A stretch of 64,000 bases of DNA, taken from Anaerolineae bacterium (GTDB lineage Bacteria > Chloroflexota > Anaerolineae > UBA1429). Below, piece by piece: positions 40,261 through 48,917 of the stretch. Every line of letters begins with the position of its first letter. The first letter of the stretch is position 1. The translations under genes and the position numbers were made by a program. The notes beneath the pieces were generated by a model. The model searched no databases, had not been told where the DNA came from, and saw only the letters and a program-made list of their open reading frames with translations. The stretch spans positions 32,001-96,000 of the forward strand of contig OY776562.1 in NCBI GenBank assembly GCA_963675785.1. Reading direction: 5' to 3'.

Positions 40261-40425
40261 GGTGCCGAAGTATTGCTAGGGTCTTTTGCGATGTTGACGC
40301 TTGTTCGTAGGGTGGCGCGTTTAGGCATGGGCCATCGTTTTATCGAGATTCAGTCAATAGACATGGTCCCGCAAACGGCGCACGTAGAGAAAGCAGTATT
40401 GATGTCACGGAACCTGTCTTCTTGA
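40261..40425 (+). repeat. Degenerate copy of the rlmD 3' end
   Basis: TLVRRVARLGMGHRFIEIQSIDMVPQTAHVEKAVLM vs RlmD [37 protein letters not shown]. Confidence 0.9.
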
Positions 40426-40525
40426 CACTCGAAATACAAGTTCTCCGACTTTTGGATAAGAAGCAGTAGTTTTCCTGATATATCAATAATTAAGTAAACA
40501 TATATGACGGCAACAGGATAATAAA

Positions 40526-40912
40526 GTGAAAAACTATACACAGGTCTATGTTATGAACAGCTTCGAAGCTGCTGACACATATTGCAGAGCTTTCGGAGGA
40601 GAGGTAACATTTGAGATAAAAAACGAGGCCGGGGACGCATTTGCGCATTGCGAGTTGTCTGTGAGCGGCGAACCTTTTCTTGCTTTGGCCGAAGCGGCAG
40701 AACCATATGACGTAAGTCTGATTCATAGAGAAAGATGGCAGACAATGACTTTCAATGCTTTTGAATTGGGGAGTGAAGCGGCTGTCAGGAACGCATTAAG
40801 CGTTTTGAGCGAAGGCGGTGTTGTTATTGAGCCAATCCATGAATTACCCTGGAGCAAATGCTGCGCGACGGTTATAGATAAATATGGGGTATGCTGGTGG
40901 ATAGCAATATAA
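40526..40912 (+). CDS. VOC/PhnB-family protein
   Basis: EA-x-x-x-YC-x-AFG, LSEGG-x-V...PWS...DKYGV-x-W. Confidence 0.85.
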   Translation: MKNYTQVYVMNSFEAADTYCRAFGGEVTFEIKNEAGDAFAHCELSVSGEPFLALAEAAEPYDVSLIHRERWQTMTFNAFELGSEAAVRNALSVLSEGGVVIEPIHELPWSKCCATVIDKYGVCWWIAI

Positions 40913-41000
40913 CGACAGAAACGGTTTCGGCTTGAATAAGTCGGTTAGACAAATAACAGTTTTTCGGGGACATTAGCTTATTTTTCAGGAGTATAGGATT

Positions 41001-41417
41001 GTGGTTGAAATAAGGTATGTTAAGAAACGGATAAGGATTTCTGGTTCAGTCTCGATAAGCATCTGGATGAAAAAGAATATGAGAACAAGGTGAATACAAA
41101 AAGGGGTATGACTGTCGGAGGATAATCAGCCGATAGGATTACTTCGGTATAATCTTTTCTGGGATAACACTCCGTTCTGTACTTTGTTATATATAGACGG
41201 GAATTACCGGAGAAAAGGCTATGGTCGAATGCTTATGGGATTCTGGGGAAAAGATATGAGATTGCGGGGGTATGGAATGATATTGGCTTCTACACAGGTC
41301 GATGAAGGGGCGCAGCATTTCTACAGAAAACTGGGTTATAAAGATTGCGGCGGAGTCATAGTGGATATTCCCGGCTATGAACAACCTATGGAATTATTCT
41401 TGAGCAAGGCGTTGTGA
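41001..41417 (+). pseudogene. GNAT acetyltransferase, two frameshifts
   Basis: VVEIRYV / DKDFWFSLDKHL / LLRYNLFWDNTPFCTLLYID...RRKGYG...AQHFYRKLGY lie in different frames. Confidence 0.75.
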
Positions 41418-41444
41418 CTGGTTTGAAATTGCAGAGTTGTTTGA

Positions 41445-41668
41445 ATAACAGTAAAAAAGGCAAGAAAACTTAGAAACGGGCTTTTAATTGCAGGCTTTGT
41501 AATTATGTTATTGGCTTATGTTTATGAACCCCTGATAATTGTTGGTGCCTTGGTGACATTCTCCTGTCTTATTCCTCATTTTCTGTATAACAAATGCCCT
41601 CATTGCGGAAAGCAGCTTGGCAGGACGAAGGAGATTTCTGTCAGCATTGCGGTGGACGCATCAACTAA
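41445..41668 (+). pseudogene. Small membrane protein with a zinc ribbon, frameshifted
   Basis: TM segments, CPHCGKQLGR, then in another frame EGDFCQHCGGRIN*; start appears to be ATA. Confidence 0.6.
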
Positions 41669-41686
41669 AAGTTCCAGTTTGCCGGC

Positions 41687-41876
41687 GTGGATATGTTTTC
41701 TTATACCTGTTTTTCCGTTTACATATTATCTTATACGAGTAGTTTCGGTGAATATGTTAGCGTATACGTGTGATATTTCTGATATGTTAGGATATACCTA
41801 TGACATCCGACCTGTGGTTTCAAGCCATGTGGAGATAGTAGTTCTGATGACGAGAAGGGGCTCTGAGAGCCAATAG
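41687..41876 (+). repeat. Split rlmD-end copy containing four ~30-bp repeats
   Basis: GTGGATATGTTTTCTTATACC (VDMFSYT) ... CATGTGGAGATAGTAGTTCTGATG (HVEIVVLM); units start at 41691, 41721, 41752 and 41782. Confidence 0.75.
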
Positions 41877-41979
41877 TAGATTAATTTGAGAATCTTGATT
41901 TGATAACCCTTGTTCCCCCCAATAGGATGTTCTTATGTAATATTGACATAATGCATTGCAATATTGAAAGGAACCCTAT

Positions 41980-42351
41980 ATGAAAGAGTCCAACGCAAAG
42001 GCACCCAAAAAGACCGACGGCGAGGACGCGGTTCTTGAAAAGATCACCGCAATGCCGGAACCTTACCGCTCTATGGGCGAGCGCCTCCACAAGCTCATTC
42101 TGAGCACCGCACCAACACTCAAACCCAGAGTGTGGTATGGCATGCCGGGGTATGCAAAGACTAAGGATAGCCCGGTCCTCTGCTTCTTTCGTTCTGATAA
42201 ATACATGACCTTTGGCCTTACTGATAAGGCGAACTTTGCTCTTGAAGAAGGTGCGCTCCACCAACTCCTTGCCTCTTCGTGGTTTTTTACAGAGCTGGAT
42301 GAAGCAACTGCGGCCAAGATTGCAGATATTGTACGCAAAGCCACAAGTTGA
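41980..42351 (+). CDS. DUF1801/YdhG-like protein
   Basis: APTLKPRVWYGMPGYAK, CFFRS-x-KYMTFG. Confidence 0.8.
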   Translation: MKESNAKAPKKTDGEDAVLEKITAMPEPYRSMGERLHKLILSTAPTLKPRVWYGMPGYAKTKDSPVLCFFRSDKYMTFGLTDKANFALEEGALHQLLASSWFFTELDEATAAKIADIVRKATS

Positions 42352-42547
42352 GGGCGCGCTGCAAGAAACGTTTTTTCCTGGATAACCAAGTATGCGCCCA
42401 AATGGATTGACCAAGGCGGATTATCTTTTCCCCGTATTTGTTGTGAAACGCCAGCCATGGTTACATGGTTTTATCGCTGTAAACAAGTGACCTTGTGTCG
42501 CGAAGAAAAGGCGGCTAGTTTTTTATCCGTTAGAGGAGAGTTTCACG

Positions 42548-42958
42548 ATGGAAAAGCAACCTGCGAATGACGAAAGATCTCCGTCTCAGCTAATCGATGA
42601 GCGAATTGAGGAATTAGGTGATTGGCGGGGGCAGATGCTCTCCAAGATACGAACCCTGGTCAAAGAAGTCGATCCGGAGGTAGTCGAGGAGTGGAAATGG
42701 CGAGGAACCCCTGTGTGGTCTGACGATGGAATGATATGTACTGGAGAGACTTATAAGAATGCTGTCAAAATGACTTTCGCCAAGGGAGCATCATTAGAGG
42801 ATCCCACGCATCTTTTCAACGCCAGTTTGGACGGGAATGTCAGAAGGGCCATTGATTTTCACGAGGGGGACACACTGGACGAGGAGGCGCTTAAGGAACT
42901 AATCTGTGCCGCCATAGCCCTAAACAAGTCCAATCGTAAGGCTTCTCGTAAAGGGTGA
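42548..42958 (+). CDS. DUF1801/YdhG-like protein
   Basis: EEWKWRGTPVW, CTGETYK, FAKGASL-x-DP-x-x-LFN, RRAID. Confidence 0.88.
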   Translation: MEKQPANDERSPSQLIDERIEELGDWRGQMLSKIRTLVKEVDPEVVEEWKWRGTPVWSDDGMICTGETYKNAVKMTFAKGASLEDPTHLFNASLDGNVRRAIDFHEGDTLDEEALKELICAAIALNKSNRKASRKG

Positions 42959-43072
42959 GTTTTTCCGTCAATAGGGGTTCGTGCCTGCTTAGGTTGATAC
43001 TGAGAGCGTGCCGATAAACTTCTGCGCATATGAATTTCTAGAATTCAGAGGCTTTTTTAGAAAGTTACTCTA

Positions 43073-43465
43073 TCGCCTTCGCGCGAAATTGCTTTGGATG
43101 CCGAGGTCATTGAGACCATCAAGCACGTGCTTGCAGCCCATACCACGCCCTTTGTGGCGTGCAAAACTTGGACAACCGACGCCTTTTACCGCGAGACGCC
43201 GGATATGATTACCTATCGCAAAGAAGAGGGCTGCTCTGTTGTCGAGATGGAGTGCGCCACCATGGCCGCAGTGGCCAGGTTTCGTGGGGTTCACTTTGGG
43301 CAACTTCTCTACAGTGGCGATATCCTGACCGATTACGCCAACTATGATGAGAGGGATTGGAGCAAGAACCTGACCGCCAGGCAAAAACTATTCCACCTGT
43401 CCCTAGCCGTTATTGGAGAACTGGCCAAACATGAGGAGATAAACGATGCTGACTCTGACGCATGA
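43073..43465 (+). pseudogene. 5'-truncated nucleoside (uridine/purine) phosphorylase
   Basis: PSREI...WTTDAFYRET...VVEMECA; in-frame TAG at 43058, N-terminal half absent. Confidence 0.75.
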
Positions 43466-44120
43466 CCTGGCACAGCGCTATCCTGGGGCGGCTGTTGGCC
43501 TTTTGGCGATGCACGATGTGGTGAATGCTGCTGCTCATGAAAAGCTGGATGAAATCCGTGGCGAGATTGAGCGTTCATTACGAGAAAAGTATGGCGCTAT
43601 GTCTCGCAACGCGCTCAAGGCCTTGTATCCCATGGATGTGTATGTAGCTTACTACAAGGCCTTTGGTTATAGCTATCATGTCCTCTCTCAAGTGGAATCG
43701 ATTATGAAGGGCAAGTTGATCCCCAATGTTTCCTCATTAGTAGAAGCTATGTTCATGGCTGAACTCAAGAACATGCTCTTGACCGCTGGTCATGATTTGG
43801 ACAAGCTTGCGGAGCCGTTACTGTTGGCTTTATCGACAGGGGAAGAATGTTTTACCGCCTTGAGCGGCAAAGAGGTATCCACTGTGGTGGGCGATATGAT
43901 GATTAGCGATAGCGAGGGCGTCATTTCCAGTATCTTGCGCGGCCCCGACGCTCGGACCAGCATTGGTCCTAAAACCACGCGCGTGCTCTATGTGGTCTAT
44001 GCGCCGCCTACTATCGAGGATTCGGTGCTCTATAGCCATCTTGATGACATCGAAAGCTATGTACGTCTTTTGGGTGAGCCAGTTATGGACTTCAAGCACG
44101 TCTTGCGCGCTGCTCGATAA
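43446..44120 (+). CDS. B3/B4 (PheRS-beta editing-like) domain protein
   Basis: LVEAMFMAEL...AGHDLD, GD-x-x-x-x-D-x-x-G-x-ISS, T-x-I-x-x-x-TT. Confidence 0.75.
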   Translation: MLTLTHDLAQRYPGAAVGLLAMHDVVNAAAHEKLDEIRGEIERSLREKYGAMSRNALKALYPMDVYVAYYKAFGYSYHVLSQVESIMKGKLIPNVSSLVEAMFMAELKNMLLTAGHDLDKLAEPLLLALSTGEECFTALSGKEVSTVVGDMMISDSEGVISSILRGPDARTSIGPKTTRVLYVVYAPPTIEDSVLYSHLDDIESYVRLLGEPVMDFKHVLRAAR

Positions 44121-44171
44121 CAAGGGTGCCCCATCTATTTTACTATCCTATGAACGATGGCAGACATCGAA

Positions 44172-44741
44172 TTAGGATAAATCCATGATGCTGTTTGTCA
44201 TCAACTTTTCGGCTAACTCTGCCATACGTTCTGGGGATTCTTGCATACCGTTTTCAAACCAACGGCGCAGCATTGCCACACAGCCAAAGGTCACAAAGTC
44301 ATAATAGTATTCATAGTATTCTTCTTTACCGTTCCCAAAGAGCTTCCGCCATTCGCTTTGGTTCTGCGGACGACCTCGCTCGATGATCTGGTTTAGAAGC
44401 CTTGTTTCTCGTGCGTGAAAGATGGCAATAAAAAGATCTGAATTTGCGGCTATGTATTGAAACAGATCAAATAGTGCTGACATCCAAAGAATCTGTGACT
44501 GCGTCTTGTATTTCCCCAAAATGGCAGTGAAATCCTCTACGACCTCTTCCTCAGTTTGTTCAAAAAGATCATAGATATCCTTATAGTGCAGATAAAAAGT
44601 CCCCCGATTGATATCAGCAAGTTCAGTAAGCTCGCTTACCGAAATATCCTTTAAATTTTTCTTCATCAGCAGCTGTGTCAAGGCCTGCCGAATCCTCGCG
44701 TTCGTTTTACGAATGCGACGGTCATCATTTGCCTTTTTCAT
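44172..44741 (-). CDS. TetR/AcrR regulator (DhaS-like)
   Basis: DRRIRKT, ISVSELTELADINRGTFYLHYKD. Confidence 0.92.
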   Translation of the reverse strand: MKKANDDRRIRKTNARIRQALTQLLMKKNLKDISVSELTELADINRGTFYLHYKDIYDLFEQTEEEVVEDFTAILGKYKTQSQILWMSALFDLFQYIAANSDLFIAIFHARETRLLNQIIERGRPQNQSEWRKLFGNGKEEYYEYYYDFVTFGCVAMLRRWFENGMQESPERMAELAEKLMTNSIMDLS

Positions 44742-44781
44742 GGCGAAATCTTTTCCTTCTTGCACAACTGATGGAGAGTTT

Positions 44782-44867
44782 GTTGATTTTCCGACAAATG
44801 TCCGATGTCTCAATACTTGAGGTTTTTCTTATCCCCTACTATAATAGACAGCTGACTAAAAATCAAC
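44782..44867. promoter_or_regulatory. Divergent promoter region with paired operator-like sites
   Basis: TTGAGG-17 nt-TATAAT flanked by inverted GTTGATTTT-N8-TGTC / GACA-N8-AAAATCAAC. Confidence 0.6.
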
Positions 44868-44902
44868 GAGTGGTTAATATCTTGCAAGAAGGATGTGTTG
44901 TA

Positions 44903-45604
44903 ATGAGCTTTATCACGCTTGATGAAGTTACAAAGCATTACAGAATGGGCGAAGTGATAGTCAAGGCTGCAGATGGCGTAAGCTTTCAGATAGAAAAAGG
45001 TGAATTAGCTGTTGTGCTTGGTCCGAGCGGGGCTGGGAAAACAACAGTGCTCAATATGCTTGGTGGCATGGATACCTGCGATGGTGGACACATTGTGGTT
45101 GATTCCATGGACATTAGTTCGCTAAACGCCAAGCAACTTACCGTTTTCCGGCGCAAAGATATTGGTTTCGTGTTTCAGTTTTACAACCTAATTCCCAATC
45201 TTACAGCACTGGAAAATGTGGAACTCGCCTCTCAGATCTGTGAGAATCCTTTGGATTCTGCCGAGATATTGGCAGAAGTGGGACTGCACGACAGGACGGA
45301 TAACTTTCCATCTCAACTCTCTGGTGGAGAGCAACAACGTGTCGCGATTGCCCGCGCTTTGGCAAAGAACCCCAAACTATTGCTTTGTGACGAACCAACT
45401 GGTGCGCTTGACGATGATACAGGCAAAGTCGTCCTCTCACTGCTTCAGAAAACGAGTCATGAGAAGGGAATGACCGTCATTATTATCACCCATAACCAGG
45501 CCATTACTCCAATGGCAGATCGTGTCATCCATATCCGAAACGGCAAAGTGGATGATATTCTTGTCAACAAAGCCCCTGTTCCTATCGCTCAGATAGAGTG
45601 GTAA
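44903..45604 (+). CDS. LolD/MacB-type ABC ATPase
   Basis: [34 protein letters not shown]. Confidence 0.95.
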   Translation: MSFITLDEVTKHYRMGEVIVKAADGVSFQIEKGELAVVLGPSGAGKTTVLNMLGGMDTCDGGHIVVDSMDISSLNAKQLTVFRRKDIGFVFQFYNLIPNLTALENVELASQICENPLDSAEILAEVGLHDRTDNFPSQLSGGEQQRVAIARALAKNPKLLLCDEPTGALDDDTGKVVLSLLQKTSHEKGMTVIIITHNQAITPMADRVIHIRNGKVDDILVNKAPVPIAQIEW

Positions 45605-45609
45605 GCTCC

Positions 45610-48600
45610 ATGACCAAGAATGCATTTTGGAAAGATAGTCTACGGCAAGTGCGGGCTACACTAAATCGTTTCTTGGCTATTCTTGTCATAACGGCCTTGG
45701 GAGTTGCTTTTTTTGCCGGGCTTAGAGCATCTGGCCCCGACATGAGAGCTACGGCCTCAGCGTATTACGACGAATTGAATTTCATGGACGTCAGGTTGCT
45801 CTCCACCATCGGTTTCGATGAGAATGATGTGGATGCCGTAAGAAACACGCAAGGTGTTCTCGGTGTGATGCCAGCCTATTCCTATGATGCGATTGTCGAG
45901 CTATCGAGTGAGAACTTGACCATTCGGTTGGACTCTTTGAGTGAAGAACCTAATACAGAAAACGATATCAACGCTCCCAATGTAGTAGAAGGGCGTATGC
46001 CGGAAAGTAGCGGCGAATGTCTTGTCGATCCCCACTTTATAACGCTCTCTGGCTATCAAATCGGGGATACCGTGAACTTGGTCTCAGGTACGGCTACGCT
46101 CATTTCGGATACTTTGAAAACAGACGCATTCCAGATTGTGGGAATTGCAGAGAGCCCTTTGTATATTTCCAATGAACGGGGATCTAGTGATATTGGCAGT
46201 GGCAAGATGGACGCCTATGTTATGGTGCCTGCAGGTGATTTCACTTTGCCAGTCTATACAGAGATATATGTGACAATCGAGAATGAGGCCGGGCGTTCTC
46301 GATTTGAGGATACGTTTACGGATTTACTAGAGCCAATCGAAACCGCTTTGAAAGATGTCGGAGAGCTTCGAGCAAGTGTGCGTTATGCTGAAATCCAAGA
46401 CGAAGCAACCCAAGAACTGGATGACGCTAAAGCGGAACTCAACGATGGATGGGCGGAATACAATCAAAGTAAAGCGGATTTCGATACACAGATTGCTGAT
46501 GCACAGCAACAACTTGATGATGGATATGTCCAATACAACCAAGGTCTGGCAGAATATGCGGCGGGCCTCAGTGCACTTGAGGCAGCAAAAACAGATACGG
46601 AAGCGCAGTTTTCCCAAGCTGAGGATCAATTAGCACAGGGACAGACAGAATATGAAAGCGGGCTTGGCGCCTATAACGATGGCAAGGTCGTATATGATGC
46701 ACTGGTTGATGCATTAGCAGCTGGTAACACGCCTGAAGCTATTGCGACTATTAGTGGATTGATCAGCGAGATGCAGGATGATGGCGCCGATCTTGCGATG
46801 GTGCTCTCTGCTTATGTGGACAATCCTGATGATGCTACGAGTATAGCGGCAGCACAGGGAGCAGTTGCAGAGTTTGGCAATGTGCTCGAGCAAAGCAAGC
46901 AACAGCTCGATGAAGTAGCGGGCACGCTTGATGAAAAAAGCGTCGAATTGGAACAAGCACGCCTCGATGCTCAAAGCCAATTGGATGAATCCCAGGATCA
47001 GCTCGATGAATCATCCAGTCAGCTCAACGATCTAAAAGAAACCCTTGACAAAAATCGCGAGGAACTCGAACAGTCGCGAATTGAGGGGCAAGATGGGTTG
47101 GCTGAAGCCAAAGAGAGACTTGAGGAAGCAGCGCAGGAGATAGCGGATGGCGAAGAGCAGTTAGCTGAGCTTGAAATGCCAGAATGGTACATCCTCGATC
47201 ATGATACCAACATTGGCTTTGCCAGCTACAAAGAAGACGCAGAGCGTATCGATACGCTCAGTGTTGTTTTCCCCCTACTTTTCTTCCTGGTGGCGATACT
47301 CGTATCCATGACCTCGATGACACGCCTTGTGGAGAGCGATCGTCCTCATATCGGCACCCTCAAAGCATTGGGCTATAGCAATGGCAAAATCGCCTCGCGC
47401 TATCTGCTTTATGCCCTGGCAGCCTCATCTTTGGGTAGCGGGATTGGTTTGATTGTAGGTTTTAACCTTTTCCCCCGAGTGATTTTCAACGCTTATAGTG
47501 TGCTCTACAACTTGCCGCCGATCATGGCTGATTTTAACCTCAAATTTGCGGTTATTTCGACAGTAGCTGCAGTTTCATGCGCAACTCTGCCAGCCTGGTT
47601 TATCTGTGTGCGGGCATTAAGAGGTACCTCTGCTGAGATGATGCGCCCCGCCGCACCGAATAGTGGCAAACGTATTTTGCTTGAGCGCATCACGCCGCTT
47701 TGGAAGATGCTGAACTTTTCTCAAAAAGTGGCGATGCGAAATCTCTTTCGCTACAAAAAGCGTTTTTTCATGACGATATTCGGTGTTGCTGGCTGCACGG
47801 CACTCATGTTTGCTGGATTTGGGCTGCGCGATGGTATCACGACGATCGAACCCAAGCAGTACGAAAACATTCAGCGCTATGATTTACAGATCGACTTTGA
47901 AGGGGATGCCCCAGCGGAAGAGAAGCAATCTCTGGATGAAGAAATAACAAGCAGTGCAGGCATTTTGTCAGAAACCGAATTATTCCAAGAGTCAGTGGAT
48001 TTTTTGAGTGATGGACAGCTCAAATCAACAACGCTGATTGTGCCCGAAGTGATATCTGAATTTTCAGATTTTATCCATCTTCAAAATCGCGAGACACAAG
48101 AAACACTTGTTCTCTCGGATGATTCGGTCATTATTACAGAAAGACTGTCCGTATTGTTTGATTTGCAGGTGGGAGATACTTTCGTCCTTCGGGATGGCGA
48201 TGGACAAGAAGCGACAGTCCAAGTGGGCGGCATCGCGGAATACTATCTGTATCACTATATTTACATGTCCCCGTCACTGTATCGCTCATCTTTTGGAAAA
48301 GAGCCTGTCGCGAATCAGATGTTGTGTCTCCTTCGTGACCCTGCGGACGACAATAGCGCGCTTGCTACGAGTTTGCTGGAACAATCTTGCGTAACCTCTG
48401 TGACGCTCACTGCGAATGTAAGAGCTTCATTCGAAAACATTGTCAATTCCTTGCACTATGTCGTTTGGGTTCTGATCATATCTGCTGCGATGCTTGTGTT
48501 CGTCGTGCTCTTTAGTTTGACCACGATTAACTTGGAGGAACGTGGTCGAGAGTTGGCGACGATCAAGGTGCTTGGTTTTTATGACTGGGAGCTTGCTGCT

Positions 48601-48852
48601 TATATATATCGTGAGAACAGTCTCTTGACTATCATAGGCACTGTTTTGGGGCTTTTACTTGGCATAGTCCTTCAGCGTTACATCATTACGACGATGGAAA
48701 CAGACGTGCTCATGTTCAGCCGCGATCTCTTGTGGCAAAGCTATGTCTATTCGGCTGGCCTGACCATCTTTTTTGCTGCTGTAGTAAATCTTGTCATGTT
48801 TCGGCACATCTCCAAGATTGATATGGTCTCATCGCTCAAGAGCATTGAATAG
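45610..48852 (+). CDS. FtsX-like double permease with a long extracellular coiled coil
   Basis: Two FtsX halves (IGTLKALGY; ELATIKVLGF) and an acidic heptad-rich insert. Confidence 0.92.
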   Translation: MTKNAFWKDSLRQVRATLNRFLAILVITALGVAFFAGLRASGPDMRATASAYYDELNFMDVRLLSTIGFDENDVDAVRNTQGVLGVMPAYSYDAIVELSSENLTIRLDSLSEEPNTENDINAPNVVEGRMPESSGECLVDPHFITLSGYQIGDTVNLVSGTATLISDTLKTDAFQIVGIAESPLYISNERGSSDIGSGKMDAYVMVPAGDFTLPVYTEIYVTIENEAGRSRFEDTFTDLLEPIETALKDVGELRASVRYAEIQDEATQELDDAKAELNDGWAEYNQSKADFDTQIADAQQQLDDGYVQYNQGLAEYAAGLSALEAAKTDTEAQFSQAEDQLAQGQTEYESGLGAYNDGKVVYDALVDALAAGNTPEAIATISGLISEMQDDGADLAMVLSAYVDNPDDATSIAAAQGAVAEFGNVLEQSKQQLDEVAGTLDEKSVELEQARLDAQSQLDESQDQLDESSSQLNDLKETLDKNREELEQSRIEGQDGLAEAKERLEEAAQEIADGEEQLAELEMPEWYILDHDTNIGFASYKEDAERIDTLSVVFPLLFFLVAILVSMTSMTRLVESDRPHIGTLKALGYSNGKIASRYLLYALAASSLGSGIGLIVGFNLFPRVIFNAYSVLYNLPPIMADFNLKFAVISTVAAVSCATLPAWFICVRALRGTSAEMMRPAAPNSGKRILLERITPLWKMLNFSQKVAMRNLFRYKKRFFMTIFGVAGCTALMFAGFGLRDGITTIEPKQYENIQRYDLQIDFEGDAPAEEKQSLDEEITSSAGILSETELFQESVDFLSDGQLKSTTLIVPEVISEFSDFIHLQNRETQETLVLSDDSVIITERLSVLFDLQVGDTFVLRDGDGQEATVQVGGIAEYYLYHYIYMSPSLYRSSFGKEPVANQMLCLLRDPADDNSALATSLLEQSCVTSVTLTANVRASFENIVNSLHYVVWVLIISAAMLVFVVLFSLTTINLEERGRELATIKVLGFYDWELAAYIYRENSLLTIIGTVLGLLLGIVLQRYIITTMETDVLMFSRDLLWQSYVYSAGLTIFFAAVVNLVMFRHISKIDMVSSLKSIE

Positions 48853-48917
48853 TGGAGTATACTGGGGTATCATCGCGACTTGTTGGCTTGTTGTGCTCAT
48901 AAAGGGATGAAAAGAAG

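Noticed and set aside
41691-41810. CRISPR array
   Set aside because: The repeats are degenerate, the ~30-bp period leaves only ~10-nt gaps, and there are no cas genes.
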